Shown here in pieces: positions 53,709 to 63,821 of a stretch of DNA of 64,000 nucleotides. Origin of the DNA: a virus. The stretch lies in the IMG/VR virus record IMGVR_UViG_3300042898_000852, positions 13,937 through 77,936 of that record, one strand, 5' to 3'. The stretch's first letter is position 1; every line of letters starts with the position of its first letter. The position numbers were made by a program, and so were the translations under genes. Below the pieces are notes generated by a model. That model saw nothing but the letters and a program-made list of their open reading frames with translations. It ran no database searches and was not told where the DNA came from.

Positions 53709-56016
53709 TTGATGTGTCGGCTGGCAATATCAAAGCATTTTTCATTGCTTTCTTTTCAGCCTTGGTCAACGGTTTTTGAATTTCTTCAACTACAAAATCT
53801 AAATCATCGTTAACAATATTGATCTTGACCAACCCACCTTCTTTTAAATCACCAAATAGCACTCTACGACTCAATGGAGATTTGATCTTGTTGTCGATCA
53901 ATCTTGCTAACGGTCGAGCACCCATCTTTTTATCATAGCCTTTGACTGCTAACCACTTGGTTGTTTCTGCATTTACACTGATTTCGATACCCTTGTCCTT
54001 TAACTGACTGTTTAGTTCTCCAACAAACTTCTTTACAATCTGTACAACAACTTCTTGACTGAGCTTGGTAAATTTAATTACAGCATCTAATCTATTACGA
54101 AACTCCGGAGCAAAGAATTTTTTAATTGCTTTGTCATCTTCTCCGTCCTTGGCTAGGTCTCCAAATCCTATGGTATTGTTTTCATTGTCTCTTGCCCCAA
54201 GATTGCTGGTCATAACAAGTATGCAATTACGACCATCTGCTTGTTTGCCATTTGATCCTGTGACAAATCCGTTATCCATAAACTGCAATAATATATTTGT
54301 GACATCTGGATGTGCTTTTTCTATTTCGTCTAGCAACAGCACACAGTTTGGTGTTTCCTGTAACTTGGTTATGAGTTGTCCAGCATTGTCTTCGTAGCCA
54401 ACATAACCAGGCGGCGCACCAATCAATCGAGCCACCGAATGTTTTTCTTGATATTCACTCATATCGAATCTCACCAAGGGCATTGACATTTTTTCACTGA
54501 GCTGTTTAGCAGTTTCAGTTTTGCCGCAGCCGGTCGGACCGAGAAACAAGAAACTGCCAATGGGTTTATTGGGAGTCTTCATTCCTGCCTGCGCCACAAA
54601 TATCTTATCCAATAGATTGTCCACAGCTTGATCTTGCCCAAACACAGCAGATTTCATGCCGTTTTCTAGATCAGCAAGATTTTTGCTTTCTTTCTGCGCT
54701 ACATTTTCCAAAGGCATATTGATCATTTTGCTGAGTTCATAGGTAACCTGTTCTACGTCAACAATTTGATCAATACCTTCTTCGATGACAGCATCTTTAA
54801 TTTTATATCTTGCGGCAGCGCAGTCTATGATGTCGATGGCCTTGTCCGGTAACTTTTTATCATTCATGTATTTCATTGACAGTTTTACAGCTTGATCAAT
54901 AGCAGCATCTGTGATTTTAACATTGTGATGTTGCTCATAGTACTTGCGAATACCTTTGATAATTTTTACACTAAGTTCCGGAGTAGGCTCGTCAACTGTA
55001 ACACGTTGGAATCTACGCATTAAGGCACGATCCTTTTCAAAGTGCTTGCGATATTCTTCCCAGGTAGTTGATGCAATTAATTTAATAACACCCTTAGTTA
55101 ACATAGGCTTTAACATATTGGCCATATCGTTGCTAGACTGATTAGATGCACCGGCACCTTGCATCATGTGAGCTTCGTCAATGAACAAGATAATCTTGCC
55201 TTTCTTTTCCAACGCAGTTAATACGGCCTTGATGCGTTCTTCAAAGTCGCCACGATATTTAGATCCAGCAAGTAACGCTGAGATATCGAGAGTATATACC
55301 TGATGGTCTTGAATAAACTTAGGAACTTTCTTTTCAAAGATCTTGCGGGCTAGTCCTTCTGCAATGGCAGTTTTACCTACACCGGGATCGCCCACCATTA
55401 AGACATTACATTTGCTACGGCGAGCAAGTATCAATTGTATTTTTTCTAATTCTTCATCTCGACCAATGACTGGATCTATCTTGCGTTGTTTGGCGTGCAA
55501 ACTTAAATTTGTACAGAATTGATTTAATATTTTTTCTACTTGATTTACATTCACTACTTGATGCTCGCTTTCTTCTTCTTCTTGAATTATGTTTTCGTGA
55601 ATGTATTTCACAAATTTTTCTTTGTGTATTCCGCCTTTATTAAAGAAATAAAACGCAAAACTATTTTTTTCACTTAGTATACTTGCAATAACATCAAATA
55701 TTTCAATCTTTTGTCTGCCACTGAACAACACCTGACTGAAACAACGATTGAGAACTCTTTCTACAGAATGAGTTTTTTTTGGTTTTTCAACGGCTGTATT
55801 TTTAATATCTTCGAGATTATTTTTGAGATAATGCTCTAGATTGGTTTTAATAAAATTAGCATCGGCACCGTATTGCTCTATGAGTTTGAATGTTGATTCG
55901 TCGCTCATCATACCAAATGCTAGATGTTCAATGGTGATATATTCGTGTGTTAGCTGTTTGGCAACTCCTACAGAAAATTCAAAGATATTTTGTAGACTTT
56001 GACTTGGTTCGATCAT
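53695..56016 (-). CDS. clpA: ATP-dependent Clp protease ATP-binding subunit, ClpA-like
   Basis: Clp N-domain (HEYITIEHL); GDPGVGKT and GPTGCGKT Walker A; KYRGDFEER; RFDMSEY; IGF loop; MGARPL. Confidence 0.92.
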   Translation of the reverse strand: MIEPSQSLQNIFEFSVGVAKQLTHEYITIEHLAFGMMSDESTFKLIEQYGADANFIKTNLEHYLKNNLEDIKNTAVEKPKKTHSVERVLNRCFSQVLFSGRQKIEIFDVIASILSEKNSFAFYFFNKGGIHKEKFVKYIHENIIQEEEESEHQVVNVNQVEKILNQFCTNLSLHAKQRKIDPVIGRDEELEKIQLILARRSKCNVLMVGDPGVGKTAIAEGLARKIFEKKVPKFIQDHQVYTLDISALLAGSKYRGDFEERIKAVLTALEKKGKIILFIDEAHMMQGAGASNQSSNDMANMLKPMLTKGVIKLIASTTWEEYRKHFEKDRALMRRFQRVTVDEPTPELSVKIIKGIRKYYEQHHNVKITDAAIDQAVKLSMKYMNDKKLPDKAIDIIDCAAARYKIKDAVIEEGIDQIVDVEQVTYELSKMINMPLENVAQKESKNLADLENGMKSAVFGQDQAVDNLLDKIFVAQAGMKTPNKPIGSFLFLGPTGCGKTETAKQLSEKMSMPLVRFDMSEYQEKHSVARLIGAPPGYVGYEDNAGQLITKLQETPNCVLLLDEIEKAHPDVTNILLQFMDNGFVTGSNGKQADGRNCILVMTSNLGARDNENNTIGFGDLAKDGEDDKAIKKFFAPEFRNRLDAVIKFTKLSQEVVVQIVKKFVGELNSQLKDKGIEISVNAETTKWLAVKGYDKKMGARPLARLIDNKIKSPLSRRVLFGDLKEGGLVKINIVNDDLDFVVEEIQKPLTKAEKKAMKNALILPADTSNAET

Positions 56017-56044
56017 TAGTATTATTTCCTTAATTCAACAACTT

Positions 56045-56073
56045 ATTTTAACAAATTATAAATCTATTGTCAA
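56045..56073 (-). promoter_or_regulatory. Strong sigma70 promoter for clpA
   Basis: TTGACA-N17-TAAAAT with TGn extension. Confidence 0.7.
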
Positions 56074-56903
56074 ATAAATTTCAACTTTGTTTGTTCAACA
56101 ACATCTTTTTGTTCAGAGTTTAAATTCTTTGGAATCTCTATCTGTACTTTGATCAACAGATTGCCTCTGACCTTGGTTCTCATATTAGGTAGACCTTCAC
56201 CACGGCAACTTAATACCGTGTCTGGTTGTGTACCTGCTGGAATACCTATAGTCAATGTTTTTTTGTCAATGGTTTCTATAGTTATTTCGGAGCCCAGTAT
56301 AGCATCCCAGGGAGAAATAAATTTCTTTATCATCAACATGTCGCCTTGTCTTTGAAACACAGAATGTGGTTTGACCAATATGTTGACAATTAAATCTCCC
56401 GGTGGCACATCTTTTAAGGTATGTTCTCCCATGCCTCTGTATCGTATCTGTTGTCCGCTTTCTATACCAGGCGGCACTTCAATGTTTACTAGCCGTTTAC
56501 TGCCATTGGGTATGCCTATCTCTGCATCTATTACTCTACCTTTGAGTATATCTTCGAGAGTAACCTCAATGTTTACATTCAATGTTTTGTTTTTTCTTAC
56601 TGCCCTGCCAGGACCAAATCCAAAATTACCAAAGACGTCTTCAAAGTTTCCTGTGTTGAAGTGAAATTCAAACGGACTTCCTTGCCTATAACTAGTATGT
56701 TGAGCATTGGGATCTACTCCCATATCAAACATCTGTTTTTTTTGAGGGTCACTGAGTGTTTCGTATGCCTCAGTTACTTCTTTAAATTTCTTCTCATCGC
56801 CGCCGCGATCAGGATGGTGTTTCATGGCCATCTTTCTGTAGGCAGCTTTGATATCTGCTTCCGAAGCAGATTTTGATATACCGAGTGTATTATAATAATC
56901 CAT
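56070..56903 (-). CDS. dnaJ: DnaJ-class chaperone lacking zinc finger (CbpA-like)
   Basis: J domain with HPD; G/F linker; C-terminal domain GDLIVNI, GEGLP. Confidence 0.9.
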   Translation of the reverse strand: MDYYNTLGISKSASEADIKAAYRKMAMKHHPDRGGDEKKFKEVTEAYETLSDPQKKQMFDMGVDPNAQHTSYRQGSPFEFHFNTGNFEDVFGNFGFGPGRAVRKNKTLNVNIEVTLEDILKGRVIDAEIGIPNGSKRLVNIEVPPGIESGQQIRYRGMGEHTLKDVPPGDLIVNILVKPHSVFQRQGDMLMIKKFISPWDAILGSEITIETIDKKTLTIGIPAGTQPDTVLSCRGEGLPNMRTKVRGNLLIKVQIEIPKNLNSEQKDVVEQTKLKFI

Positions 56904-56906
56904 GTT

Positions 56907-56947
56907 CTTAAATAAAAATAGGGTCGCTTGCGACCCTATTATTTAAG
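56907..56947 (-). terminator. Hairpin terminator after the lysis block
   Basis: AATAGGGTCG-CAAG-CGACCCTATT followed by TTTATTT on -. Confidence 0.65.
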
Positions 56948-56960
56948 CGAAATCTTTTAG

Positions 56961-57191
56961 TTACACAATTTTTATCAATGCAGAAACTCCATACACCAAC
57001 ATGGTTTTAAATTGTATATCGTCTGCTTCGGATTCTAATATATCGGTTCGAATTAAATCTTGAAGCAGCTCATTGTATTCTGATTGGCTAATTTGGCCAG
57101 CTTGAAATGCTTCTGTTATCTGCAGAGCATATTGGGCTCTTTGGGCCATTGGACCTTGCCCTTGTGCTAACTGGTGTAATTCTTGACTCAT
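56961..57191 (-). CDS. Hypothetical protein
   Basis: 76-aa ORF coupled to the upstream lipoprotein. Confidence 0.55.
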   Translation of the reverse strand: MSQELHQLAQGQGPMAQRAQYALQITEAFQAGQISQSEYNELLQDLIRTDILESEADDIQFKTMLVYGVSALIKIV

Positions 57192-57589
57192 TAGAATCTC
57201 CCTATAACAGTTTTAGCCACTGTAGAGCTTTGTGTAATTAAAATCTTCTTTTTTATATCGCAATAGATTTCTGTACCTTGTTTTTCCAGGCTACGTTTAT
57301 AAAAGTCGTCTACTGTAGATTCCATAGGTTTAACAAGTGTTAGCACATCTTTGGTTCCCTTGCTATCACTGTACAAAATAAACCATTGTATGTTATCTTT
57401 AATAATTTTGACCTGTGCAGCATGAGGTTCTTTGCAGTTTAATTTTTCAACACTTTGTCTAATATCAATCACGCTTCTACTTTGATTGTCATCCCAAAAA
57501 CTAGGTATTTGATCTTTAATATTTTGAAAAGAAAAGGTTGCACACCCTTGTAGAAGTGCAACCAGGCCTATAAGAACTAGACGTTTCAT
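57191..57589 (-). CDS. Putative lipoprotein
   Basis: MKRLVLIGLVALLQGC lipobox. Confidence 0.65.
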   Translation of the reverse strand: MKRLVLIGLVALLQGCATFSFQNIKDQIPSFWDDNQSRSVIDIRQSVEKLNCKEPHAAQVKIIKDNIQWFILYSDSKGTKDVLTLVKPMESTVDDFYKRSLEKQGTEIYCDIKKKILITQSSTVAKTVIGRF

Positions 57590-57810
57590 TTTTTCTTACC
57601 GTCAGGTACTTCTGTAGCTTCGTGTTTTTTGTGCTTCTTAACTTCTTTGCACTCTTGCTTGGGCTTTTTGGTTTTTGGATCAATAACAGGCTTGCCGTCT
57701 TTGCCCTGTAGGTCAACACAGATTTTTTTAGTTTCTGGCGTCTCGCAAGCACCGGCTACAGGAGCCATAGCAACTGCCGAAACTAATAATAATGCTAATA
57801 AATTTTTCAT
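57586..57810 (-). CDS. Small secreted protein
   Basis: MKNLLALLLVSAVAMAPVAGA signal peptide; Cys pair; Lys-rich. Confidence 0.6.
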   Translation of the reverse strand: MKNLLALLLVSAVAMAPVAGACETPETKKICVDLQGKDGKPVIDPKTKKPKQECKEVKKHKKHEATEVPDGKKK

Positions 57811-57820
57811 GATCATTCCT

Positions 57821-58366
57821 TTAAATTTGTGGTTGCTCTGGTTGCATGGGTGCAGGCTTTCCGCCAAACCCTGCAACTACTGCTGGTGATGAGACTGGAG
57901 TTGTTCCCCAGCTTGGTGCTGAATTAAACCCGCCACCTGTTGGTGCTCCAAATCCTGAATTGCCACCAAAGCTGCTCGGTGCTGGTGAATTATAACCACC
58001 GGATGAGCCGAAGCCTCCTGCTTGAGGTTGGCTAAATGTTGAAGGCCCGCTTGCAAATCCTGTTCCTGGTGTTTGTAGTCCGCCATTGTTTGCTCCTCCT
58101 AGTTTTTCCTGTGTGCGACCAAATGCCGCAATACCTAAAACTGCACCCATAGCAATATGGAATAGACCAGCACCTTGAAGTGTTAGCGGATTCCATTGTG
58201 TGAGACCTGTGCCTACAGTAGTTTGTAGCAGACTCCATAAGATAGGAAATACAACCATGTCCATAGTACAAACAAGCATATACATCCAACCCATCATTGG
58301 ACGCCATTTTGAGTTCATCCAATCTTCTTTTTTCTGTTCGCTTGCGCTTTTAGTTTCTTCAGCCAT
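57821..58366 (-). CDS. Putative holin (3TM GTA-type holin-like) with G/S/P-rich tail
   Basis: KWRPMMGWMY..VC..D...P.LW...LFHIAMGAVLGIAAFGRTQEK; lysis-cassette context. Confidence 0.6.
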   Translation of the reverse strand: MAEETKSASEQKKEDWMNSKWRPMMGWMYMLVCTMDMVVFPILWSLLQTTVGTGLTQWNPLTLQGAGLFHIAMGAVLGIAAFGRTQEKLGGANNGGLQTPGTGFASGPSTFSQPQAGGFGSSGGYNSPAPSSFGGNSGFGAPTGGGFNSAPSWGTTPVSSPAVVAGFGGKPAPMQPEQPQI

Positions 58367-58368
58367 GA

Positions 58369-58746
58369 TTACTTCTTCCCACCATTAGACAATTGTCTGT
58401 CTTTGTGCTTTTCCAACTCTGCTACACGCCATGACAAAGTATCAATGATGGCACGGTTTGCGGCCTCACGGCTCACAGCGTCTGTGTTGGCTTGCATAAA
58501 GTCTTGGCGCAGTTTTTCACGAGCCAGTTCAGCACCCATGTTTGGTGCTTGTTTGTTGTCTGATGTCACCACCAACTGCATCTTGCCTTCAAGAATGGTA
58601 AGTTGATGACTCACACCACTCAGTGCATTCATCAAGTACACCACACAGGCAAACATGATTGGTAGCACAGCAAATGTTACCTTTTCGATCAGTGCGCCCT
58701 TGGCTTCGCCAGCACTCATCTTTTCTTTGATTTGTTCCAATTCCAT
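58369..58746 (-). CDS. Membrane-anchored coiled-coil protein
   Basis: Single TM (VTFAVLPIMFACVVYLM) plus coiled coil. Confidence 0.55.
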   Translation of the reverse strand: MELEQIKEKMSAGEAKGALIEKVTFAVLPIMFACVVYLMNALSGVSHQLTILEGKMQLVVTSDNKQAPNMGAELAREKLRQDFMQANTDAVSREAANRAIIDTLSWRVAELEKHKDRQLSNGGKK

Positions 58747-58747
58747 T

Positions 58748-59473
58748 TTATTCTTCTCCTGCTTTTTCTAATTTGGCAATATAGTTTGCCATCATGTGAT
58801 CAAACACACCAATGTACTTTTGCCCTTTGGCTCTAGCTTTTAGTCTACTACGGGCCATGTCTTTCACACGTTGCCAAGGAGTTAGATCTCTAAACTCACC
58901 GTAGAAGTTCATATACTTGTGTGTTCCGTGGTGTGTAAATCCCATCAACATAAAAGGAACTTTGGTCACATCATCACAGTTGTTCTGCACTCTGTAGTGT
59001 TCAACAAACACACTGTCAACAAACTCTTTGTTACCCACTCTCGGCGAACCGAATGTTACCAATGCTGTCACACGATCCTGTATACGACTGGCAGCGATGG
59101 TGGCCATGGCAGCACCAAGACTATGACCGGTCACGTATAGGTTACCTGGATTGGCTTCTAGTGCGGCAGTGATACTGGGCCACAATTTATTGATCTCACC
59201 TTTGAAACCAACATGTACCTTACCACCACAGGCTTCTAAGTTCTTACCAGATTTTAGGTCTGCCAACACATCTGACTTTTCAGTTACCTCAGTGCCTCTA
59301 AAACTCAGCACAGTAATAGTATCATTGGTTAACAGATATGCCTGTGCTCCGTCTATGTCGAAGAACTGAATAATCTTATATCCTAACGCTTTAAACTTGG
59401 CAGTGGAGGTTTTAGGATTGTCATATGTAGTTTGCGCTATGTTGGCAAACTCTAATAGTAGTTGTGTTTTCAT
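58748..59473 (-). CDS. Class 3 lipase (alpha/beta hydrolase)
   Basis: SFRGTE, VHVGF, VTGHSLGAAMA, TFGSPRVG, DDVTKVP, DH. Confidence 0.9.
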   Translation of the reverse strand: MKTQLLLEFANIAQTTYDNPKTSTAKFKALGYKIIQFFDIDGAQAYLLTNDTITVLSFRGTEVTEKSDVLADLKSGKNLEACGGKVHVGFKGEINKLWPSITAALEANPGNLYVTGHSLGAAMATIAASRIQDRVTALVTFGSPRVGNKEFVDSVFVEHYRVQNNCDDVTKVPFMLMGFTHHGTHKYMNFYGEFRDLTPWQRVKDMARSRLKARAKGQKYIGVFDHMMANYIAKLEKAGEE

Positions 59474-59475
59474 TT

Positions 59476-60039
59476 TTATATCCAAAGGTATAGGCCGTTT
59501 AGGCTTAGTAGTATACCAACGCCTGCTACTACAAAACTGCCCCAGAACATGGCTACACTAACTGCTAAAATACTTGCTGATAGCACAACAATAGCCAATT
59601 GGTAGGCCGTGCTTGCATAACCAATCCAAGGACTAGACTTTTTAGCTTCTTCACGAACTGCTTCCATTTCTCTTGCTTTAACAGCAATTTCTTTCTTGTC
59701 AACATCCATGCGTTCTTTTTCAGCTTGGAATTCTTCTTTTAGTTTTGGATCAGCAGTTGTCTTGGCGGCAATTTCGTATGTAACCCCACGACCTGCTTTG
59801 GCTTGGTATTGTGCCCAAGTATTGTTGGCACCTAGTGTATTGTTTAATACTGTGCTGGATAGTTTGCCACCATACCATGCATTAACTGCCAGCAACAGAG
59901 CAAAGATGGAAATAACCATACCTGCTTTGTCTTTTAATTTTGCTTCACGCTCTGATCTTGATCCTACTGGAGGCTTAGGTGCGTCTGGATCTTTTGGTTG
60001 TTTGTTTACTAAATTTAATACTGAATCTATTAATGCCAT
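59476..60039 (-). CDS. Membrane protein, DUF4337-like
   Basis: ISIFALLLA, N.WAQYQAK, YQLAIVVLSASIL. Confidence 0.6.
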   Translation of the reverse strand: MALIDSVLNLVNKQPKDPDAPKPPVGSRSEREAKLKDKAGMVISIFALLLAVNAWYGGKLSSTVLNNTLGANNTWAQYQAKAGRGVTYEIAAKTTADPKLKEEFQAEKERMDVDKKEIAVKAREMEAVREEAKKSSPWIGYASTAYQLAIVVLSASILAVSVAMFWGSFVVAGVGILLSLNGLYLWI

Positions 60040-60071
60040 CTTTCGCTCCTGCTTAATATACTACTATTTAA

Positions 60072-60299
60072 TCAAAATCCAAATAAGTTCTTTTTGGGTT
60101 CTGTTAAAAACTTCTCTGCAATTGTAGCACCCTTTGCTCTTACGTGAGCATCTGGACTGTGCAACATATCGTTAATCAATGCAGCCTTGGCCATTTGTTC
60201 CATGGTTTTATCTCTAGACACAGATTTTTCAACTTCTGGATTAGACATAATCGCGCAACCCGACAGCATTAGGGCTATAATACCAATTGTAATTTTCAT
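60072..60299 (-). CDS. Putative lipoprotein
   Basis: MKITIGIIALMLSGC lipobox. Confidence 0.6.
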   Translation of the reverse strand: MKITIGIIALMLSGCAIMSNPEVEKSVSRDKTMEQMAKAALINDMLHSPDAHVRAKGATIAEKFLTEPKKNLFGF

Positions 60300-60562
60300 T
60301 TTACACTCTCATAAATGCGTTTTTGTTCCTGATACCAATCATTCCAGCCGTCAACTTTGGCTGCACACTCGTAATACATACCGTAGTTTTGTACAACTAC
60401 CTTAAGCATTTCTGTAATAGCAACTCGATCGCCTTCTATTTTTTTAAGACTGTCGCATCTTTCTACTAGGGCTTTAGGAACATCTGGAAACTTTTGTTTT
60501 ACTGGAACAGGAGTAGAACAAGCAGCTAGAACTAGAGTAAGACTTAGAATAATGTATTTCAT
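60296..60562 (-). CDS. o-spanin (Rz1-like lipoprotein)
   Basis: LAAC lipobox, Pro-rich start, NY..YYEC; follows the i-spanin. Confidence 0.7.
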   Translation of the reverse strand: MKYIILSLTLVLAACSTPVPVKQKFPDVPKALVERCDSLKKIEGDRVAITEMLKVVVQNYGMYYECAAKVDGWNDWYQEQKRIYESVK

Positions 60563-61047
60563 TTCTTACCCTCTGCTGCCTTGTTCATATCAGCAGCTTG
60601 GTTATGTATATCGATGATCTCTTTAGGCACAGGACATTGTTCAATGTATTTGATGATTTCTTCTTTCTTTACAACTTCACGGTCAAGATATTGTGTAATG
60701 TATTCAGTCTTGCCTTTGATTACTTTGGTTTTTTCAACTATTTTTTGTTCTATGACTGTGTTGGTTTCTTTTGATTGTTGTTCAGCAACAGCAACTCGTG
60801 CTTCAGCTTCGGCAACCTTTGCTCGCCATGCCATTTCTGTATCATAACCGCCACGTAGCCACACGCCCAACACCAGCAACACAATGCCAACTGGTTGTAG
60901 TATCTTTACATAGTTTCCGTAGAATGGAATCCACTTGCCTAACCAACCAGCAAGTACTCCAGTAACACCAGCAGCAATGATGAGCCAATATAAGCCGCTT
61001 AGTACAGCATCAGGTACTAGACCAATCATCCATGCTACTTGGCTCAT
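60559..61047 (-). CDS. i-spanin (Rz-like)
   Basis: N-terminal TM segments, coiled coil, C-terminal Cys; immediately after the endolysin. Confidence 0.65.
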   Translation of the reverse strand: MSQVAWMIGLVPDAVLSGLYWLIIAAGVTGVLAGWLGKWIPFYGNYVKILQPVGIVLLVLGVWLRGGYDTEMAWRAKVAEAEARVAVAEQQSKETNTVIEQKIVEKTKVIKGKTEYITQYLDREVVKKEEIIKYIEQCPVPKEIIDIHNQAADMNKAAEGKK

Positions 61048-61676
61048 TAGTGTGCTCCGAAGATATGCAGAGCGTGTTCGTAATGTTTAATGCGATCTTC
61101 TAGGCCGATAGTCCCGCCGTTGATGCGTTTGGTTAATGTTAGGATATCACCTGCATCTGCCCACTGGTTTAGTTTGTTTTGTTCCCAGAAGAAACAGGCC
61201 GACTGTACAGCACCTTCAAATGTCTGTAGGTATTCGCTGGCTTCTTCAACAGGAATATCTAATGAACCTGCAAAGAATGTGTAATTGTTCTTGCCAGTCA
61301 ATTGAATAAGTCCACGACCACAATAACGGAATCCGTCACCACTTGCTTCGTCCCCGTTGCCCATACGGTTAGCGTACACTCGGTTAGCAATCATTTCACC
61401 CTTGCCTGCATATTGAGCAGCCGTAGCATCATCCGGGAAGTACTTGGGAAACACTCTGCGTAGGCTAGCTGCCTTGTAGTTTAAATTTTCTTTTAGAAAA
61501 ACAAAGCCACCGCTTTCGTGAGCGCATTGTGCTAGGAAAGCAGCCACCCGTTGTGGAGTTGTAATTTCGTATTCTGGAAGTATTTCGTAAATTGCTTCAA
61601 ACCATTGATCCGCATAGGGATTCTTTGGAATCATTTCTTTTAGCTGTTGTTTGGTAAAATCAAATGTAAAACTCAT
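61047..61676 (-). CDS. Endolysin, glycoside hydrolase family 19
   Basis: AAFLAQCAHESGG, ENLNY, YCGRGLIQLTGKNNY, TKRINGG. Confidence 0.9.
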   Translation of the reverse strand: MSFTFDFTKQQLKEMIPKNPYADQWFEAIYEILPEYEITTPQRVAAFLAQCAHESGGFVFLKENLNYKAASLRRVFPKYFPDDATAAQYAGKGEMIANRVYANRMGNGDEASGDGFRYCGRGLIQLTGKNNYTFFAGSLDIPVEEASEYLQTFEGAVQSACFFWEQNKLNQWADAGDILTLTKRINGGTIGLEDRIKHYEHALHIFGAH

Positions 61677-62422
61677 TGCTCAATCCTTTGTAGTAGCATT
61701 GCTTGACCACGGTTGTCAAACATAAATTTGTCGCCTACCTTGTTGATATTGTAGTCGCCTAGTATTTTAGTTAGCCAAAATATTTCACTAGTGGCTGCAT
61801 CATCCATTATGATTGCGTCTACTACACCTTCTAGGATAGAATCAGTAGCAGCTTCTTTAACCATACGCAGTTTGACCTGCTTGTTAAAAGGTTTATGGAT
61901 TGTGATAACATCACCTTCTAGTGTTAGATCGTCCATTAGAGTTTTGTTGAAGAAACGTTTAATGCCTTCCGTTTGTAATTTATTTAGATTGCGATCGTAT
62001 TTGTCGGGAGTAGGAGGAACAATTCGATCCAATGATTCTTGAGTCATATCAAATTCATCAGTCATCTTGTGATATTTAAATTTCCAGTTATCTATTCCTG
62101 TAAGTTTCTCAACTCCGTGAGTAATTTCTTCAATTTGTTTAGAAATTTGGGGGGTACGATTTAGTTCGACAAATACAAAATATTCACCTTTGGCGTTTTC
62201 TCCAGAGCTGACATCGGAATCAAGAACAAACTCAAATCCTTTTTCTATAAATTCCATGACGTCCTTGGCAGGATTTCGATCTTTGACTTTAAAGGTAATT
62301 ACGCAAACATCTCGGTCTTCACCCATTTTAGATCTATGACTGTCAATCTCGAATAGTGGATAGATCATTTCTTGTAGATCTAACGATCTCAATCCTTCGT
62401 TAAGCTGCTGGTTGTTCTGCAT
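61673..62422 (-). CDS. Conserved hypothetical protein
   Basis: Start MQNNQQLNE; IDSHRSKMG, FIEKGFEFVLDSDVS. Confidence 0.6.
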   Translation of the reverse strand: MQNNQQLNEGLRSLDLQEMIYPLFEIDSHRSKMGEDRDVCVITFKVKDRNPAKDVMEFIEKGFEFVLDSDVSSGENAKGEYFVFVELNRTPQISKQIEEITHGVEKLTGIDNWKFKYHKMTDEFDMTQESLDRIVPPTPDKYDRNLNKLQTEGIKRFFNKTLMDDLTLEGDVITIHKPFNKQVKLRMVKEAATDSILEGVVDAIIMDDAATSEIFWLTKILGDYNINKVGDKFMFDNRGQAMLLQRIEQ

Positions 62423-62933
62423 TTGCCATATCCTGTACTTGTGCTTCTGCTGCATCGGCCTGAATGTTAACAGCACCCTGTTGATTTAGAATATCTTCAA
62501 CTTTATTTTTATCTAGATTACGGTATCCGCGGTTGATATCATTCATTAATTTTTTAGGCATAGTAATTTTGACCATCCATACATCTTCTTGATCAATTTT
62601 ACCTTTCTTCGTTCCGGGTCTAATATCATCGGGCTTTTTAATTTTTCTAACTTTAGCCAGTTTAGTTTCTGCAAACTGCACTTTACAGCCATAGTCCAAC
62701 AGGCGTTTGCCACCTTGCGGTTCGGGCATTTTTTCTTTGGGCCACATGAATGTACACTGCACCCAGTATCTACTTTCAATAGGACCTTGGACTAGTTCGC
62801 CTTCTATCCAATTATCGTAGACGTAGGTGTCTAATTCATCAATAACTCTTTCAAAATCTTTCAAAAGATTGAGACTATTGTTAGATCCGTATACGTTTTC
62901 TATATTAGCTATAATGTCTTTGATGTCGGCCAT
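62400..62933 (-). CDS. Conserved hypothetical protein
   Basis: Start MADIK after GGGAG; LKDFERVIDELD.YVY.NW..GELV.GP; TAAATA at 62948-53. Confidence 0.6.
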   Translation of the reverse strand: MADIKDIIANIENVYGSNNSLNLLKDFERVIDELDTYVYDNWIEGELVQGPIESRYWVQCTFMWPKEKMPEPQGGKRLLDYGCKVQFAETKLAKVRKIKKPDDIRPGTKKGKIDQEDVWMVKITMPKKLMNDINRGYRNLDKNKVEDILNQQGAVNIQADAAEAQVQDMANAEQPAA

Positions 62934-63000
62934 AGTATCTCCCATTGTATTTATTCCGGTAGTTTCTTTAACACAACTTATAACTTTTGAAACTTGTTGT

Positions 63001-63066
63001 TAAATACTGTTGTGTTCGGCCACGGACACCAACGGTTTGAGGTCCGTGCCTAACACTTACAGGAGG
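63001..63066 (+). promoter_or_regulatory. TAAATA promoter plus long hairpin leader of phoH
   Basis: GTGTT/AACAC, GG/CC and CACGGAC/GTCCGTG stems; AGGAGG SD just 3'. Confidence 0.5.
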
Positions 63067-63077
63067 GCTAACCTTAT

Positions 63078-63821
63078 ATGAAGAGAAGAAAAGCAGCACC
63101 GCTGAAAACAGCTAATGCTCATCATTACCAAACGTCTAACGTCATTAACTTAGTAGATAACACATCTTACAAAAAACGTCCTAGAGTTCAAATATATCCC
63201 AAAAATCTCAGTCAAGAAGACTACCTGTTAAAGCTAAACGATCCAAATAAAATGATTGTGTTTGCTACAGGTCCTGCAGGCACGGGTAAAACCATGCTGG
63301 CTGTGCAATGGGCTATTGATCAACTCAAATACGGAGATGCTAGCAAGATAATAATTACAAGACCAGCTGTATCAGTAGATGAAGATCACGGGTTTTTACC
63401 CGGGGATCTAAATGAAAAAATGGCCCCTTGGACAAGGCCTATAATGGATGTGATAGCTGAAAATTACAATTCCAAAGAAATTGAACATATGGTAGCGGAA
63501 GGAATCATTGAGACCAGTCCTCTAGCATATATGAGAGGTCGGACTTTTAAAAATTCAGTAATTATAGCAGACGAAATGCAGAACGCTACGCCTAGTCAAA
63601 TGAAAATGCTGCTTACTAGGCTGGGTATTGGATCTAAGATGGTAGTCACTGGAGATTTGCAACAAGCAGATAGACCCGCTAATAACGGTCTTCTCGAGTT
63701 CCTAGGATTGTATAACAACTTTGCAAATCACAGGTATGTAGATCTTTGCAAATTTACTGCAGGAGACATTGAACGCCACGAGGCAGTAAAGGAGATCTTA
63801 ACAATATATGGTGATGATTAA
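63078..63821 (+). CDS. phoH: PhoH-family ATPase
   Basis: GPAGTGKT, TRPAV, GFLPG, YMRGRTF, DEMQN, LTRLG, GDLQQAD. Confidence 0.93.
   Translation: MKRRKAAPLKTANAHHYQTSNVINLVDNTSYKKRPRVQIYPKNLSQEDYLLKLNDPNKMIVFATGPAGTGKTMLAVQWAIDQLKYGDASKIIITRPAVSVDEDHGFLPGDLNEKMAPWTRPIMDVIAENYNSKEIEHMVAEGIIETSPLAYMRGRTFKNSVIIADEMQNATPSQMKMLLTRLGIGSKMVVTGDLQQADRPANNGLLEFLGLYNNFANHRYVDLCKFTAGDIERHEAVKEILTIYGDD

Noticed and set aside
28710-62795. Short + strand ORFs and alternate-frame - strand ORFs within the - strand gene array
   Set aside because: They overlap well-supported genes and look like codon-bias shadows
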